Origin: Phyllobates terribilis
Taxonomy: Eukaryota
Length of the DNA stretch: 64,000 bases
Assembly (NCBI RefSeq): GCF_046119375.1
Contig: NW_027362761.1
Span: 499,472,001 to 499,536,000, forward strand
Direction of reading: 5' to 3'
Position 1 is the first letter of the stretch; every line of letters begins with the position of its first letter. A program made the translations under genes and the position numbers. The notes below the pieces were generated by a model that saw only the letters and a program-made list of their open reading frames with translations, did no database searches and was not told the origin of the DNA. Shown piece by piece: positions 48,144 through 64,000 of this stretch.

Positions 48144-50714
48144 TTAAAGAGATTCATTTTTTAAAAAATTCTGTGGAAGCAGGGTTGAAAAGCAATGTCT
48201 GACTTCCATTTGTTCATTTTCATAGATTTTTAATTTATTATTACTTTTGTCAGATTCAAGTTATTTCTGTGACCATTGTGGGTTTTTCTTTCATTAAACG
48301 AGGGGTACCAACAATTTTGACCACGTCTGTATGTGCAACATGGATGTTTGAATGAGGTCTAATAAGTGACACATCACTGAAACCAGTGTCTCAACCCCTA
48401 CCTCCTGCTGCTATCAGATTAAATAGCAAAAATCTGCTGACAGATTTAATTTAAAAGGAAAAAAATCCCTCCCATATTCACCTACCACCAGGGATCTGTC
48501 AGCGCAGGAACTAGATGCCTCTGCTATGACACATTGTGCTCCTCCATGAGGTCTCCAAAGGATGCCAGCACACTCTTCTTTCAGCCTGTTCACTGCGGTC
48601 CCGAGGATGTCTCGGGATCTTCGGTACCCAGTGAGACGCAGATGACAACCTCAGAGACTGCATGCGGCCCCAGGGCTGGATGTTGGAGACTCCTGGCCTA
48701 ATGTGTATTTAATAAAGGTAAACTTTCTTCTTCATTACAACCAAGGTGGCTATCACAGAGGAAAATTATCTGGTCATGCCTGATATCTCTCCAGGCCACA
48801 AGGAGAAGTTGTAGGGCAGAACATTTCTTAAAGACTTGATGTAACAAACAATTCTACATGATGTCAGGTTTGTCTTGTACTGAGGTCATTACAGGTCTGG
48901 CATTTCAAGTCAATTAGTAGCTGTGTATGTAGAACAATACTCTGTACATATTCCCTGCAGCAAAAAAAGTCCTAAACAACAAAAAACAGTTATGACAAAG
49001 AGTCCATAGGGCTGTTGTCAAGAATTAAACGTGTGTTTGTCACCTTCAATTATTATTTTTTTTAATTATTGTGATTAAGGTTAAGTTCACACAGTCCGTT
49101 TTTGGTGCGTTTTTTGTGCATTTTTTTTCAGCTCGTAAATGGGCCAAAATCGCATTACATACCTTATTCCATGACTTCCACCGACATTTTGCAAATTCTG
49201 TGCACGTGATCAAGAATTATTCTGACCGGATTTCATGTGCGGAAAAAAGCGCAGCATGTCCATTCTTTGTGCATTTCCACATAAAAAAGGAATGTAAACG
49301 CTGTGGAAAATGCAGCGTTTTTGCTGCCAAGAGGTGCAGAAACGCTGCAGAAATTTCTGCAAGCAATTCCTGAACATGCGCACATAGCCTAAAGGTGCGT
49401 CTGGAAAAAAATAAAACTGCCTAGGCAACGGGATGTGTAAAAAATAAAAATACCAAACTCAGACAAACTCACCTACAGGCGTCTATCTGAATCCAGCAAA
49501 GACCGCTCCATAGTCTGCGCAGAGACAGGAAGCAGTGACGTCACCATTCCACCAGACTGCTGCAGCCTGTGATTGTCTGCACCAGTCAGGTGACTTGAGC
49601 ATCAATATAAAAGGCTTCAGCGGTTCAGCTGCTGGTGGAATGGTGACATCTCTTCCTGTGCATGCACAGACAGCAGAGCATAGAGTGCTTAGGAGGCACA
49701 GACCACGGAGATTGCTTAGGAGGCGCTATGGGAGTATTACTTAATTTTTTTGTCCTCCAAGCCACCTGTAAGCTTTTCATTTTGACCAAACAACCACTTT
49801 AAATCCAACCAAAAAAAGGTTTAAAAGTTTAAAGGCGTCGGACACTTTATCTTGTTTACTCACAAACTGACCATCATTTCTGTCCTGATGGAGGAGCAAT
49901 TGACTAGACCTGTCCATCAGCCTCCTCCAAAATAAAAGCAGCTATCCCATGTGAGCTTTTTTAGTTTGATTAGGCTGATGGACAGGTCTGGTCACATGTT
50001 CCTCCACCAGCAGCGATTGTATGGACAGAAGTGTTGGTCAGTTTGTGAGGAAGGATGCACTTACAAGAGAAATTGGCAAACCTCTTTAATACGACGTCAA
50101 ATTTTGGAGACAAAAATAAAGGGAACCTGTAAGACCTGCTTCCCCTCCTGAGAACTTGCACATGTGCCCTCATGTCTGGGGGTGGCACATGCACAGTAAG
50201 GTCCTGATGACCGTGAGAGTCAAAGTATCGGCCTACCCCTGAAATGACTGTACTAGTGTGAGATCTCAGGTGGGGAGCAGGTCACATAGATGAGTTACCT
50301 GTCTCTCACTGACAGAAGGGCGGCAGTGGGCAGAGAAAGAGATAGAGAGCTGGAGAGCTGTAAGTGCAGGGCCAAACCTCCTGCACTTGTGGCTCATTTA
50401 CGTAAAATTTTGCTGATGGATGTCTTTAAAATGTAGACTTATAAAACAAAGGTATGAATGTAATTAACATTACAGGAACTTTACATAGATGATATTGGTT
50501 TGGGGTCTAAAACCTGTTTAAGGTGGAAAATAGACCTCATCACACATGGGATATGTGATTGTGTAAAGGGCTGTCTCCAATATCAGTGTGTTGACATGAT
50601 GTTACGGATGAAAATATCACCAAGACACAATAATAATAATTTCTCAATAATACATTATCCAAAATAAAATAAACTGTTCTTAATTTTTTAGCAAACCCCA
50701 GGTTCATTACTTAC

Positions 50715-50772
50715 CGAAGATGGGCTCCTCATTGAACGTAACTTTTCTCCTGCTGGTTCTCATTCTGTACAT
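50715..50772 (-). CDS. CARD-coiled-coil gene, candidate first coding exon
   Basis: aagATG preceded by an in-frame TAG; MYRMRTSRRKVTFNEEPIF; consensus donor G|gtaagt with phase 1 matching exon 2. The link across 16.8 kb is inferred from phase only. Confidence 0.55.
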
Positions 50773-52615
50773 CTTCTCATAATAAGATATCCACCACTAG
50801 GCAGTATTTATATCCAGAAGATTTCCGAATGATTCAGTCCACCGTGCCTATAGCGTAGTGCGGCCATGAAGGTATCTGTTCAGGAGCCACACCATTGTGC
50901 GTACTGTGGATGGCCTTTTGCTAATTGTTTGAGCTCTCCTATTTCATGTTGCTATGAGAGTGGGAGTTACTCCTTTACTTTAAAAGAACACATTAGAAAA
51001 GTTGCCTAGCAGTTTTATCTGCAGCTTTATAATCCCTTTCATGTAGTGTTTGTTTGCTTTTGCTTCCTGGTATTTACTCTGAGTTGTACCTGAGTTCAGA
51101 GCTTACTGTTCCTTTTACAAAGATATGTAATCGGAAATGCATCATTTTATGCGATCATTATAACTTTTACAAGTGATTCTGAGACTGTTTCTTCATGACA
51201 CATTGTACTTTATGTTAATGGTAAGTTTAGGCTGATATGTCTTGTATTTACAATAAAAAAATATGAAAGTTACTGTGAAGATCTGAGGTTGTGGGATTTA
51301 ATAATCACCTAGGCAGGTTAATGTTGCAACAATATTTTATTCCTTTCATCAAGGTTTTACAACAACTCCAGGTAAATGGCCTAAATACAGTTCTCTCAGT
51401 CCTCAAGTTCCCACATGGGATCAGTAGTTCCACTGCCTTTGTATCGGGCGATACTCACTGTCTCCCAACTTTTGGTTGGCCCACAGATTTCGTATCTCCT
51501 GCCAGTATAGTCTGTATTCACATTCCATGATCCTCCAGACAACAGATAAAACAATGGAAACGCGGGTATCCAGTAACAACAGTCCTTTAAGAAAGTTTAT
51601 CAAATCCAGACGACAGATCCCACAACTATAGCACGTTTATCCAACCCAGTCGGCAGCCAATCTCTACACCATATGCAATCGATCCATCAATGGTTCAGGT
51701 CCTCATACTAAATCTTATCCCTTCGACATCATTCCAACAATTGTTGACTAAACATGTGGCTTCTATTCTCCTTCACTGGGATCAGCCCCCTCAAAGCTAA
51801 GTGTGCATTAGTGGAGGCATTTTTCTCAAGCCGAACTCATCACCTGGGACTGCATGTGCGACTCCCTATGATGACGGCTCTGCTGGATCTACTTTCCCAA
51901 TCCACACAATGGGTCTAGTCGCTGTTTGAACAATGGCTTAAGGCTCCTGAGATACTGATGAGATTACTGGAATGCTGGACACTTTACCAGTGAAATGAAT
52001 GCACATAAACTGATGAGCAAGCAGAACATTAATAAAACACAGCAAGCAAATCTCTAATAAAACAATAATAATATCAACAGAAACGGAGCTCCGAGCTGGA
52101 AAAATCCGATAGTCTTTAGTAAGTGGCCAGCTCCTCACAGTTACTAAAAATTTAGAAAGATCTGAATTTTTCTACATTTGAATTTCTCTTCTCTTAAGAC
52201 TGGGTTCACATCTGATTTTCACCTAGATAAAATGGATGATTTTCATCTATATGGTGGTCAGTATGTAATCTGTATGTCATCAGGTTTTTTATATCAACAT
52301 CTACAAGAACAAATACAGTTTCCTCTGTTAAGTACTGCAATGTATCCATAAAAAAAAACAGATGTTGATCCGTATAAGATCTTTCTTTATTCTGTGCACG
52401 AATAGACGAGTCTCATCCGACATATGGAAGAAACTAGTGAATGCTGTGACTTTTTTCACATACAGATTCAGACCATGAAAAAAAATGCTCATATGAGCAG
52501 CTCAATTGAATAACATTGGTCCTAATACTTTCTCGGTGCTGTTTGTTTTTTTCTAACAGCACTGGAACCAAAAATGCGCTTACCCTAACACAATCACGCC
52601 TCACACAATAGTTAA

Positions 52616-52958
52616 AGCAGTTGTCCAGTACTTTTGACAAATGCCCCAATGTATTTACCTTGGGCCCATAAGTGTTTTTGTTATTACCTTGCTGTGTCTT
52701 TATGGCCTGTGAGCGGCGCTATCGCGGGCCGCTCACAGGCATCACGTGACCCCCGGCTGCATCCGGCTCTGACATCCGCTGATGTCACATCAAATTCTGG
52801 CTGCAGCCGGGCGTGACTCAGTGTGGTTACCCCACGCATCACACCCAGCATCCACCACGCGCTCTCCCTCTCCTCATTTATTGGGAAAGCGCGCGGTGGA
52901 TGCTGGGTGTGACGCGCGGGGTAATTGGGGCATTTATCAAAAGTACTGGACAACTTCT
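52616..52958. mobile_element. T2/Kolobok-like MITE (TTAA), internally deleted relative of 9580-10134
   Basis: TTAA|agcagttgtccagtac ... gtactggacaacttct|TTAA. Confidence 0.75.
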
Positions 52959-53935
52959 TTAATAATTAAGATTTACCATATGTCTGCTTCATGTTATTGT
53001 TATTCTTTTGATTCTTTTAGCCTATTAGAAGGGTAATAAATTAAGCAGCAATTTCATTTTTACATTTTTAAGACATTTTCCAAAATCAATTTTTTGAAGG
53101 ACCTATGCAATTTTAACGCCATTATGTCCAATGACGGACATAGCCCATCTTGTGCAGGTGTCAGTTTCCGCACCATGACGGTCTTTCCTAGTCATGACTT
53201 TGAATTGTCACTGTGTGTAAACACACAGTGACAGTTCAGTGCTGACAGCTGTCAGTGACACCTGCAAGGCATGGGATGAGGTGCGGGAATCCATGCCATC
53301 GGTCCCCGCACCCAGATCGCTGTTTTCGGTCAGTCATTCTGACTGACCGGCAGGAGTGGGCTGGGCCAGGGGGGCACAGGGGCTACAGGGGGCAAATGCC
53401 CCCTGGGCCGGTCCCCTAGCGGCTGTTTCGGGCCGCTCTGCTAGAAAGCAGGTGCTGGCTCTGTACATTTAAATATGTACAAGTCCCGGCAGCCGCTTTC
53501 TAGCCCCGTAGACACACCTACACTGTGTGCAGTGAGTCTGCTCAACTCGCATCATCTAGGGCACAGGGCTGCTTCTGGTAGGAGAGCAGTTTGTAAGCAC
53601 AGTATCAGGTCAGCTGGGGCGAGGCAGGAGATCTTTGATGTTTTTAGGAGGAGGTGAAAGGACAAGGCTCGCCTCAGGCTCTTGGTATGTTCATGGCCAG
53701 ATCATGCGTCTGTCTGCAGTCCTGCTGTCTGATTTATTGCAGTAGACTGACCCATCACACAAGTCGGGTCGTGCTGTCAGTGGGGTCATCGGCTCCAGCT
53801 TTACCTGATCTGTATGGAAGGTCAGTCTGCAGTAATAACTCAGTGAGGGTCAGATAAAGCGACTGCAGACAGGAGTATACAGCACCCTGAACTGACTGAT
53901 CCTGAGCCTACAGGACACCATATAGTATATATGTA

Positions 53936-57713
<3,778 letters not shown>

Positions 57714-57717
57714 TATG

Positions 57718-57763
<46 letters not shown>

Positions 57764-57777
57764 CATACATACACACA
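57714..57777. repeat. (TA)n/(TACA)n microsatellite between two Tc1 elements
   Basis: Direct reading. Confidence 0.9.
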
Positions 57778-59383
57778 CAGTACAGACCAAAAGTTTGGAC
57801 ACACCTTCTCATTTAAAGACTTTTCTGCATTTTCATGACTATGAAAATTGTACATTCACACTGAAGGCATCAAAACTATGAATTAACACATGTGGAATTA
57901 TATACTTAACAAAAAAGTGTGAAACAACTGAAAATATGTCTTATATTCTAGGTTCTTCAAAGTAGCCACCTTTTGCTTTGATGACTGCTTTGCACATTCT
58001 TGGCATTCTCTTGATGAGTTTAAAGAGGTAGTCACCAGAAATTGTTTTCACTTCACAGGTGTGCCCTGTCAGGTTTAATAAGTGGGATTTCTTGCCTTAT
58101 AAATGGGGTTGGGACAATCAGTTGTGTTGTGCAGAAGTCTGGTGGATGCACAGCTGATAGTCCTACTGAATAGACTGTTAGAATTTGTATTATGGCAAGA
58201 AAAAAGCAGCTAAGTAAAGAAAAACGAGTGGCCATCATTACTTTAAGAAATGAAGGTCAGTCAGTGTGAAAACTTGGGAAAACTTTGAAAGTGTCCCCAA
58301 GTGCAGTTGCAAAAACCATCAAGCGCTACAAAGAAACTGGCTCACATGAGGACCGCCCCAGGAAAGGAAGACCAAGAGTCACCTCTGCTTCTGATGATAA
58401 GTTTATCCGAGTCACCAGCCCCAGAAATCGCAGGTTAACAGCAGCTCAGATTAGAGACCAGGTCAATGCCACACAGAGTTCTAGCAGCAGACACATCTCT
58501 TCAACAACTGTTAAGAGGAGACTTTGTGCAGCAGGCCTTTATGGTAAAATAGCTGCTGGGAAACCACTGATAAGGACAGGCAACAAGCAGAAGAGACTTG
58601 TTTGGGCTAAAGAACATGAGGAATGGACATTAGACCAGTGGAAATCTGTGTTTTGGTCTGATGAGTCCAAATTTGAGATCTTTGGTTACAACCACCGTGT
58701 CTTTGTGCGACGCAGAAAAGATGAACGGATAGACTCTACATGCCTGGTTCCCACCGTGAAGCATGGAGGAGGAGGTGTGATGGTGTGGCGGTGCTTTGCT
58801 GGAAACACTGTTGGGGATTTTATTCAAAATTGAAGCATACTGAACCAGCATGGCTACAACAGCATCTTGCAGCGGCATGCTATTCCATCCGGTTTGCGTT
58901 TAGTTGGACCATCATTTATTTTTCAACAGGACAATGATCCCAAACACACATCCAGGCTGTGTAAGGGCTATTTGACCAAGAAGGAGAGTGATGCCTCCAC
59001 AGTCACCAGACTGGAACCCAATCGAGATGGTTTGGGGTGAGCTGGACCGCAGAGTGAAGGCAAAAAGGGCCAAAAAGTGCTAAGCATCTCTGGGAACTCC
59101 TTCAAGATTGTTGGAAGACCATTTCCGGTGACTACCTCTTGAAGCTCATCAAGAGAATACCAAGAGTGCGCAAAGCAGTCATCAAAGCAAAAGGTGGCTA
59201 CTTTGAAGAACCTAGAATATAAGACATATTTTCAGTTGTTTCACAGTTTTTTGTTAAGTATATAATTCCACATGTGTTAATTCATAGTTTTGATGCCTTC
59301 AGTGTGAATGTACAATTTTCATAGTCATGAAAATACAGAAAAATATTTAAATGAGAAGGTGAGTCCAAACTTTTGGTCTGTAC

Positions 59384-59385
<2 letters not shown>
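57778..59385 (+). mobile_element. Tc1 element, full length, degenerate transposase
   Basis: cagtacagaccaaaagtttgg versus ccaaacttttggtctgtact. Transposase remnant from 58192 to ~59221 ([22 protein letters not shown]-like) with stops and frameshifts. Confidence 0.9.

Positions 59386-59436
<51 letters not shown>
59386..59436. repeat. (TA)n microsatellite
   Basis: Direct reading. Confidence 0.9.
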
Positions 59437-59437
<1 letters not shown>

Positions 59438-59603
59438 CCATATAATATAGCATGAGAGATCCTGTAGCCAGGAGCAGATTCAGTCAGTGCATATAACTTT
59501 ATATATCTGTGGACAATATAACACATCCAGTGTACATATTGTTATATACCATCTGGTGTCTGTAGCCATGGTATATTATATATTGGTGATCCCGGACCCT
59601 GAG

Positions 59604-59760
59604 GATTATTCGGTCACTATGTGGTGGTAATATGTGGTCCGGTCATGGTATGGCAATATTTGTCCCTTGTATGTGGTATTATTCAGTCACTATGTGGTGG
59701 TAATATGTGATATAGTCATAGTATGGTGTTATTTATCCCTTGTATGTGGTATTATTGGTC
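59604..59760 (+). repeat. ~73-bp tandem repeat, about 2 units
   Basis: attattc(a/g)gtcactatgtggtggtaatatgtg ... cccttgtatgtggt recurs. Confidence 0.6.
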
Positions 59761-62700
59761 ATTTTAAAAAATGTGTGTGACACATTCACAGGAATGCTAT
59801 GTGTTCTGCTTAATTAAGGGTTAAATGGCAGGAGAATGGCTTTCCAGCCGCTTTCAGATGGTCATGTAGCTAGGAGAAGTTAGGGAGATGATTGGACCTA
59901 AGGCCCGTCCATTCAGGGCACCGTAACAGGGGAGATATGTTTTTCTGCCCTGGAGATGGACCGTGATTGGAGCGGGTATCAGCTGGGGGATATAAGGGAG
60001 CAGTGCCGGAGGTTCATGTCTGTCCTCCGGCACTGTCATACCTGAAGTGCTGCCCTGCCCTCCCTCCCTGAATTTTTGGCACGGCCTAGCGTTAGTCGTC
60101 CAGGTATCTGGATGGACAGGTAGTAGATTAACGGGCTTAAGCCTTATGGCCGAGCTGCGGTGTTTGAAAAATGGTTTGAACCTTTTAAGAAGTTATTATG
60201 TTAATATGGTTATATTTATATGATATGTTTTAATATTTTAATAAAGGCTGTGGCCAGTCTTTTATCCACCAAGTCAATGTGTCAAGCAGTATTTGTTATG
60301 CGCTGTGTAGATAGAGAGTTAGATTAATGTGTAATGCCTTTGCAATGTATCTGTAAAAATCGAAAGCTATACTATGGCTCTGTATGGCATCTGATTTTTT
60401 TTACGCACCCAGACTTGAATGTGCGATTCTCATCTGATTTATAGAAGAAACCAGAGCACGCTGCACTATTTTTCTCACACAAATTCAGTCAACGAGAAAA
60501 AAAGTCTCATCTGCACTGTGCCACTGAATAACAATGGTCCGAATGTGGTCCGTTATTTCAACAGACAGCACCCGGACCAAAAATACAATCCTGTGAATGA
60601 GCCCCAATCCTGGCTAGAAATCAGACATGAATTGCAGCAGCTGCTTACTGATGGTCTCCTGGCCAATCTCCTGCCAGCCTCCAGGCTTTAAATCACAGAG
60701 AGGAAGCAGTCAGCAGATTGTGTGCTGTGATGAGGGCCTTTATGAGAGGGTGTAAAGATAGCAGCAGTGATGACCAGGGTAAGTGGAAGGGCTCTGGCGG
60801 GTGCAAGGGTTAAGTTACTTGCATGTTGTCTGGTTATAGGTAAATTCCACTTTTACATTGTGCTGCTGTTTTATGAGATTTGCATTGCTGGGTTCTTCAT
60901 GGTTTATTGTGGAGGCATGTCATTGTATGATTTTCCATTTTTCTTTTTTTTGTCTTATTGCTGAAACTAGAACTTGGCTTCTTCACTCTTTTTAGGCCAT
61001 TAAAAAAAACAAAACCCTTGTTGCTTACTGAAATTCCTGCTGTGACTTTGCTGCTTGCCTACAGGACTGAGTACTGGGCTAGCTGAACCTAACCCTGACA
61101 GCACATGTAACTCCTTTAGTGATATGGGTTAGGATGCAGTTTTCTCCCATTCTGACTAGACTTTTAGTTGGGTTTATGCTGATTAAATGGCTATAAATTA
61201 CCTGTTTTCCTATAGCGATCGCAGCCCCCTATAATGTGCCCACACTACAACTATGAGACACTTAATTTGCTGAAGAACAGTCTGGACAGCTGAGTGTTTC
61301 TGGCTTGTCGTTTCCAGAGCATGCGTATTAAAGCCGACAACATGGAGACTGCAGTCGCTGGGAACAAGGCGACTACCAGACAGCGGCAAAGAAACGCTCT
61401 GAGAGATATTGGAAACTGCATGCAGGCTCGGACTGGCCCATCGGGAAATGAGTGAATTCCCCCGGTGGGCCTGACTCCAACACTCTCTCTTCTCAGTCTG
61501 CAGCACATACGCTGTGTATCCATCTAAGCTCCGCCCCTCCCCTCTCCGCCTATAAGAAGAAGGGAGAAAAGCTGATAGAGCAACTTCCTCACTGTGGGCT
61601 CCTGCATTGCCTGGTATAAGGTAGGGTGGGGATCAGACACTAACAGGCTCAGACTGTAGCATCAGATAACTGTGCCAGGTGGATCTCTTCCTTGTCTCTC
61701 ACTCCTGGCTATGATGGTTGGGAGGGAGGCTCGGCACAGCGCCCCCCTGCACCCATTGACTACTGCTGCTCCAGCAGCCTGACAGCTGTAAGCCCAGCCA
61801 CCAGCACGGACCTGCTGTGAAGTCTCAGGCTGCTGGAACATGGGGCCAGGAGAGCTGTGCAATCATTGCTGAAGGTAGCAGTGAAGAAAGTGCTCACAGA
61901 AAAAAGTGAGGAGAAGGTGTCCTCTCTCTCCTGCAGTGCTGTCAGCTAAGCTCTGTGGTCGGCACTATCAGGAGGGGGAGGGGAGGGTCCAGAGGAGCAC
62001 AGTGCTGACCTCAAGTGAGTACTGGAGCCTCCTGTATTATACCTCTAGCATCTCCACTCTCTCCAACAAAAGTAGCTTTTTCCTGTTTGCACCCTCTACC
62101 CTTTCTGCTGTGGAGTTATCACAATGTCTTCCCCACTGCTGTTCTGTGATGGTGACAGGGGGGGTCGCCATCTTCTTCATTGATGCCAGAGATCCTGTCA
62201 TCTTATTTCTGTGTGTGTATTAATGTATCCACAAATGCTTCTATATACACTATATAAATACATTGTATATGTCTGCATTTATGTGAATGTGTATGTGTGA
62301 CATTTTTAGTGATAGACATTAAAAAGCATATATGCTTTACCTAAAAACACATTCACCTTTTAAAAAATATCTGGTATTTTTATTTGCAGAATAAATTAAT
62401 ATATCAATAATGTTGTTTATAGCAAAAATATGATCACCTCCCCACGCCCACAGAAGTTAATAATAGTAAATCACCAAAAGGGTTGTTCCATTTCAAAAAT
62501 GACTCCATAAGCTTAAGGGTATAAAAAAAAAATAACAAAAAACTGAAGTTTTACTTTTTATCTTTGTTGATTGTCTGCAGCTGTGAAGTTGCTTGCAGTG
62601 CTGTAGTCAATCACTAAACTCCGCGTCTGATGTAGACTTCACAAGCCACTGAGCTCGGTGATAGTTTACAGCACAGTAGACATGAAGTCACCACTGCAGA

Positions 62701-64000
62701 CAATCAGCAAAGGCGAGAGCCGTGGCAAGAGGCATTGTTAGACCCTGGTAGAGTGAGTAAGGTTATGTACACACTGTGTCTTTTTCAGGATTATTCTGCT
62801 TGGAAAACACCTGAAAAAGTGCAAAAAAAAGAATCAAATAATCAGCAATGTAAAATGACTTGTGCATTAGTTGACTCTTTCAGCTTCTTCCAACTGCTTT
62901 AGGTTTTCAAAGATGAAAAATGGTTAAAAGAAGTCAGCAAGAAGCTCCCTATTAACACGCACAATATTAAAAGAAAATAAAGTTGCCTGTAAAATAACTA
63001 AATAATAAAAAAAAATAATCTAAAGACTCTTCAGAAAAAACACCTCTGTTGTGTTCATGAAAACTCTTCCTATAGCAAAAACAATGTGGGTAGACGAGTG
63101 TCTAAAAGACGTCATGTGCGCATAGCCTAGAACAGCAGCAGTGGTGAACCTATGGCACGAGCACAACGAGCCCTCCCTGTGGTCACGTGCACCTCAGCCC
63201 ATGAGTGTGCGGGATCCGCCATCACCAACTCCATCTTCTGCTGGATGAAGTATTGCAGCACACGAACTTGCCGGATCCGTGTGCTGCAATACTTGCTGCC
63301 AGCTGATCAAAGACCAGCGGCTGACGTCGCTGTGCATGTGACCTGGCACATTGTGCACCTACATCGCTTGGACCCTGAAGTCAGCTGCTTGCTTCAGAAG
63401 ATGTCGAGGCGCGGCCAGGGAAGGTGAGTAGGAGTCTTTTTTTTTTTTTTTTTTTTTCTATGTATTTAACAGATGCGCCTGCAGAATTGGTGAACATGCA
63501 CAAGGATGTAGGGGGGGGGGGGATGCATATATGCCAGGATTGGGGGGGACATATATACCAGGATATGGGGAGCATATTCCTTTAAATCTGCAGTCTGGTA
63601 CCCCTGCTCCTGTTTGTGTCTGCTCTCTGCATGATTTTATTTTTTCTAAACGAAAATCTCTGTATTCAGGTAAAATTGCTGTGTTGGCACTTTGCAACAA
63701 TAAGTGTTTTAGGTTGCAGGTTTGGCACTCGGTCTCTAAAAGGTTCAGCATCACTGCCCTAGAAGCTCAGGGTTTTTTTTGTGTCCCCAAACCTACGGAG
63801 TAATAATCTTTTATGCTGGATAACCCCTTTAAATGATATGCACCCTCTGTTGACGGCAAGATAGGACTTTGGAAAACTAGAAAAATATACTGACTCTTGA
63901 AGACCTAAAAGTGAACAGGTGTAGCTAGGATCACATTAAGCATTCGGGTTTTTTTTTTTTTGTATTTTTATAGTAACAGAAATATTAAGCTAAAAGAAAT

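Noticed and set aside
48482-48650. Alternative upstream coding exon (phase-1 donor at 48482)
   Set aside because: The open frame is bounded by a TGA with no in-frame ATG or convincing acceptor; the exon at 50715-50772 has a better donor and start context. It could still be a minor exon.
61210-61560. Possible exon or promoter (98-aa ORF and GC-box-like gctccgcccctcccc)
   Set aside because: No recognisable domain, no supported splice partners and no CpG-island-scale signal.

Overview
Repeat-dense vertebrate genomic DNA; the TE mix (Tc1, DIRS1, T2/Kolobok-like and Harbinger-like MITEs, L2/CR1, V-SINE) suggests a frog or toad, which is an inference. No prokaryotic genes, rRNA, tRNA genes or CRISPR arrays were seen. 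One host gene could be reconstructed by hand on the minus strand: five phase-compatible coding exons (50772 down to 14395; 783 nt, 260 aa) encoding a CARD followed by a coiled coil, with two introns of about 16 kb packed with nested TEs. Main highlights: (1) a young, structurally complete LTR element (28626-33361; 1187-bp LTRs, 4-bp TSD, 18-nt tRNA-Ser PBS, PPT) whose only long ORF has no recognisable gag or pol but ends in a cold-shock domain, plus a related solo LTR at 44028-45351; (2) an unclassified ~451-bp multimeric repeat inserted twice, 53 kb apart, ending at nearly the same position both times, with target duplications of 14 bp and 341 bp and a 5-prime inversion in one copy; (3) a second fold-back insertion with a 14-bp TSD; (4) a MITE-seeded palindrome whose substitution pattern records a double template switch; (5) a Buster-type hAT with an uninterrupted transposase ORF; (6) four multi-level nested TE stacks. 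All alignments and counts were done by eye, so coordinates may be off by a few bases where noted.
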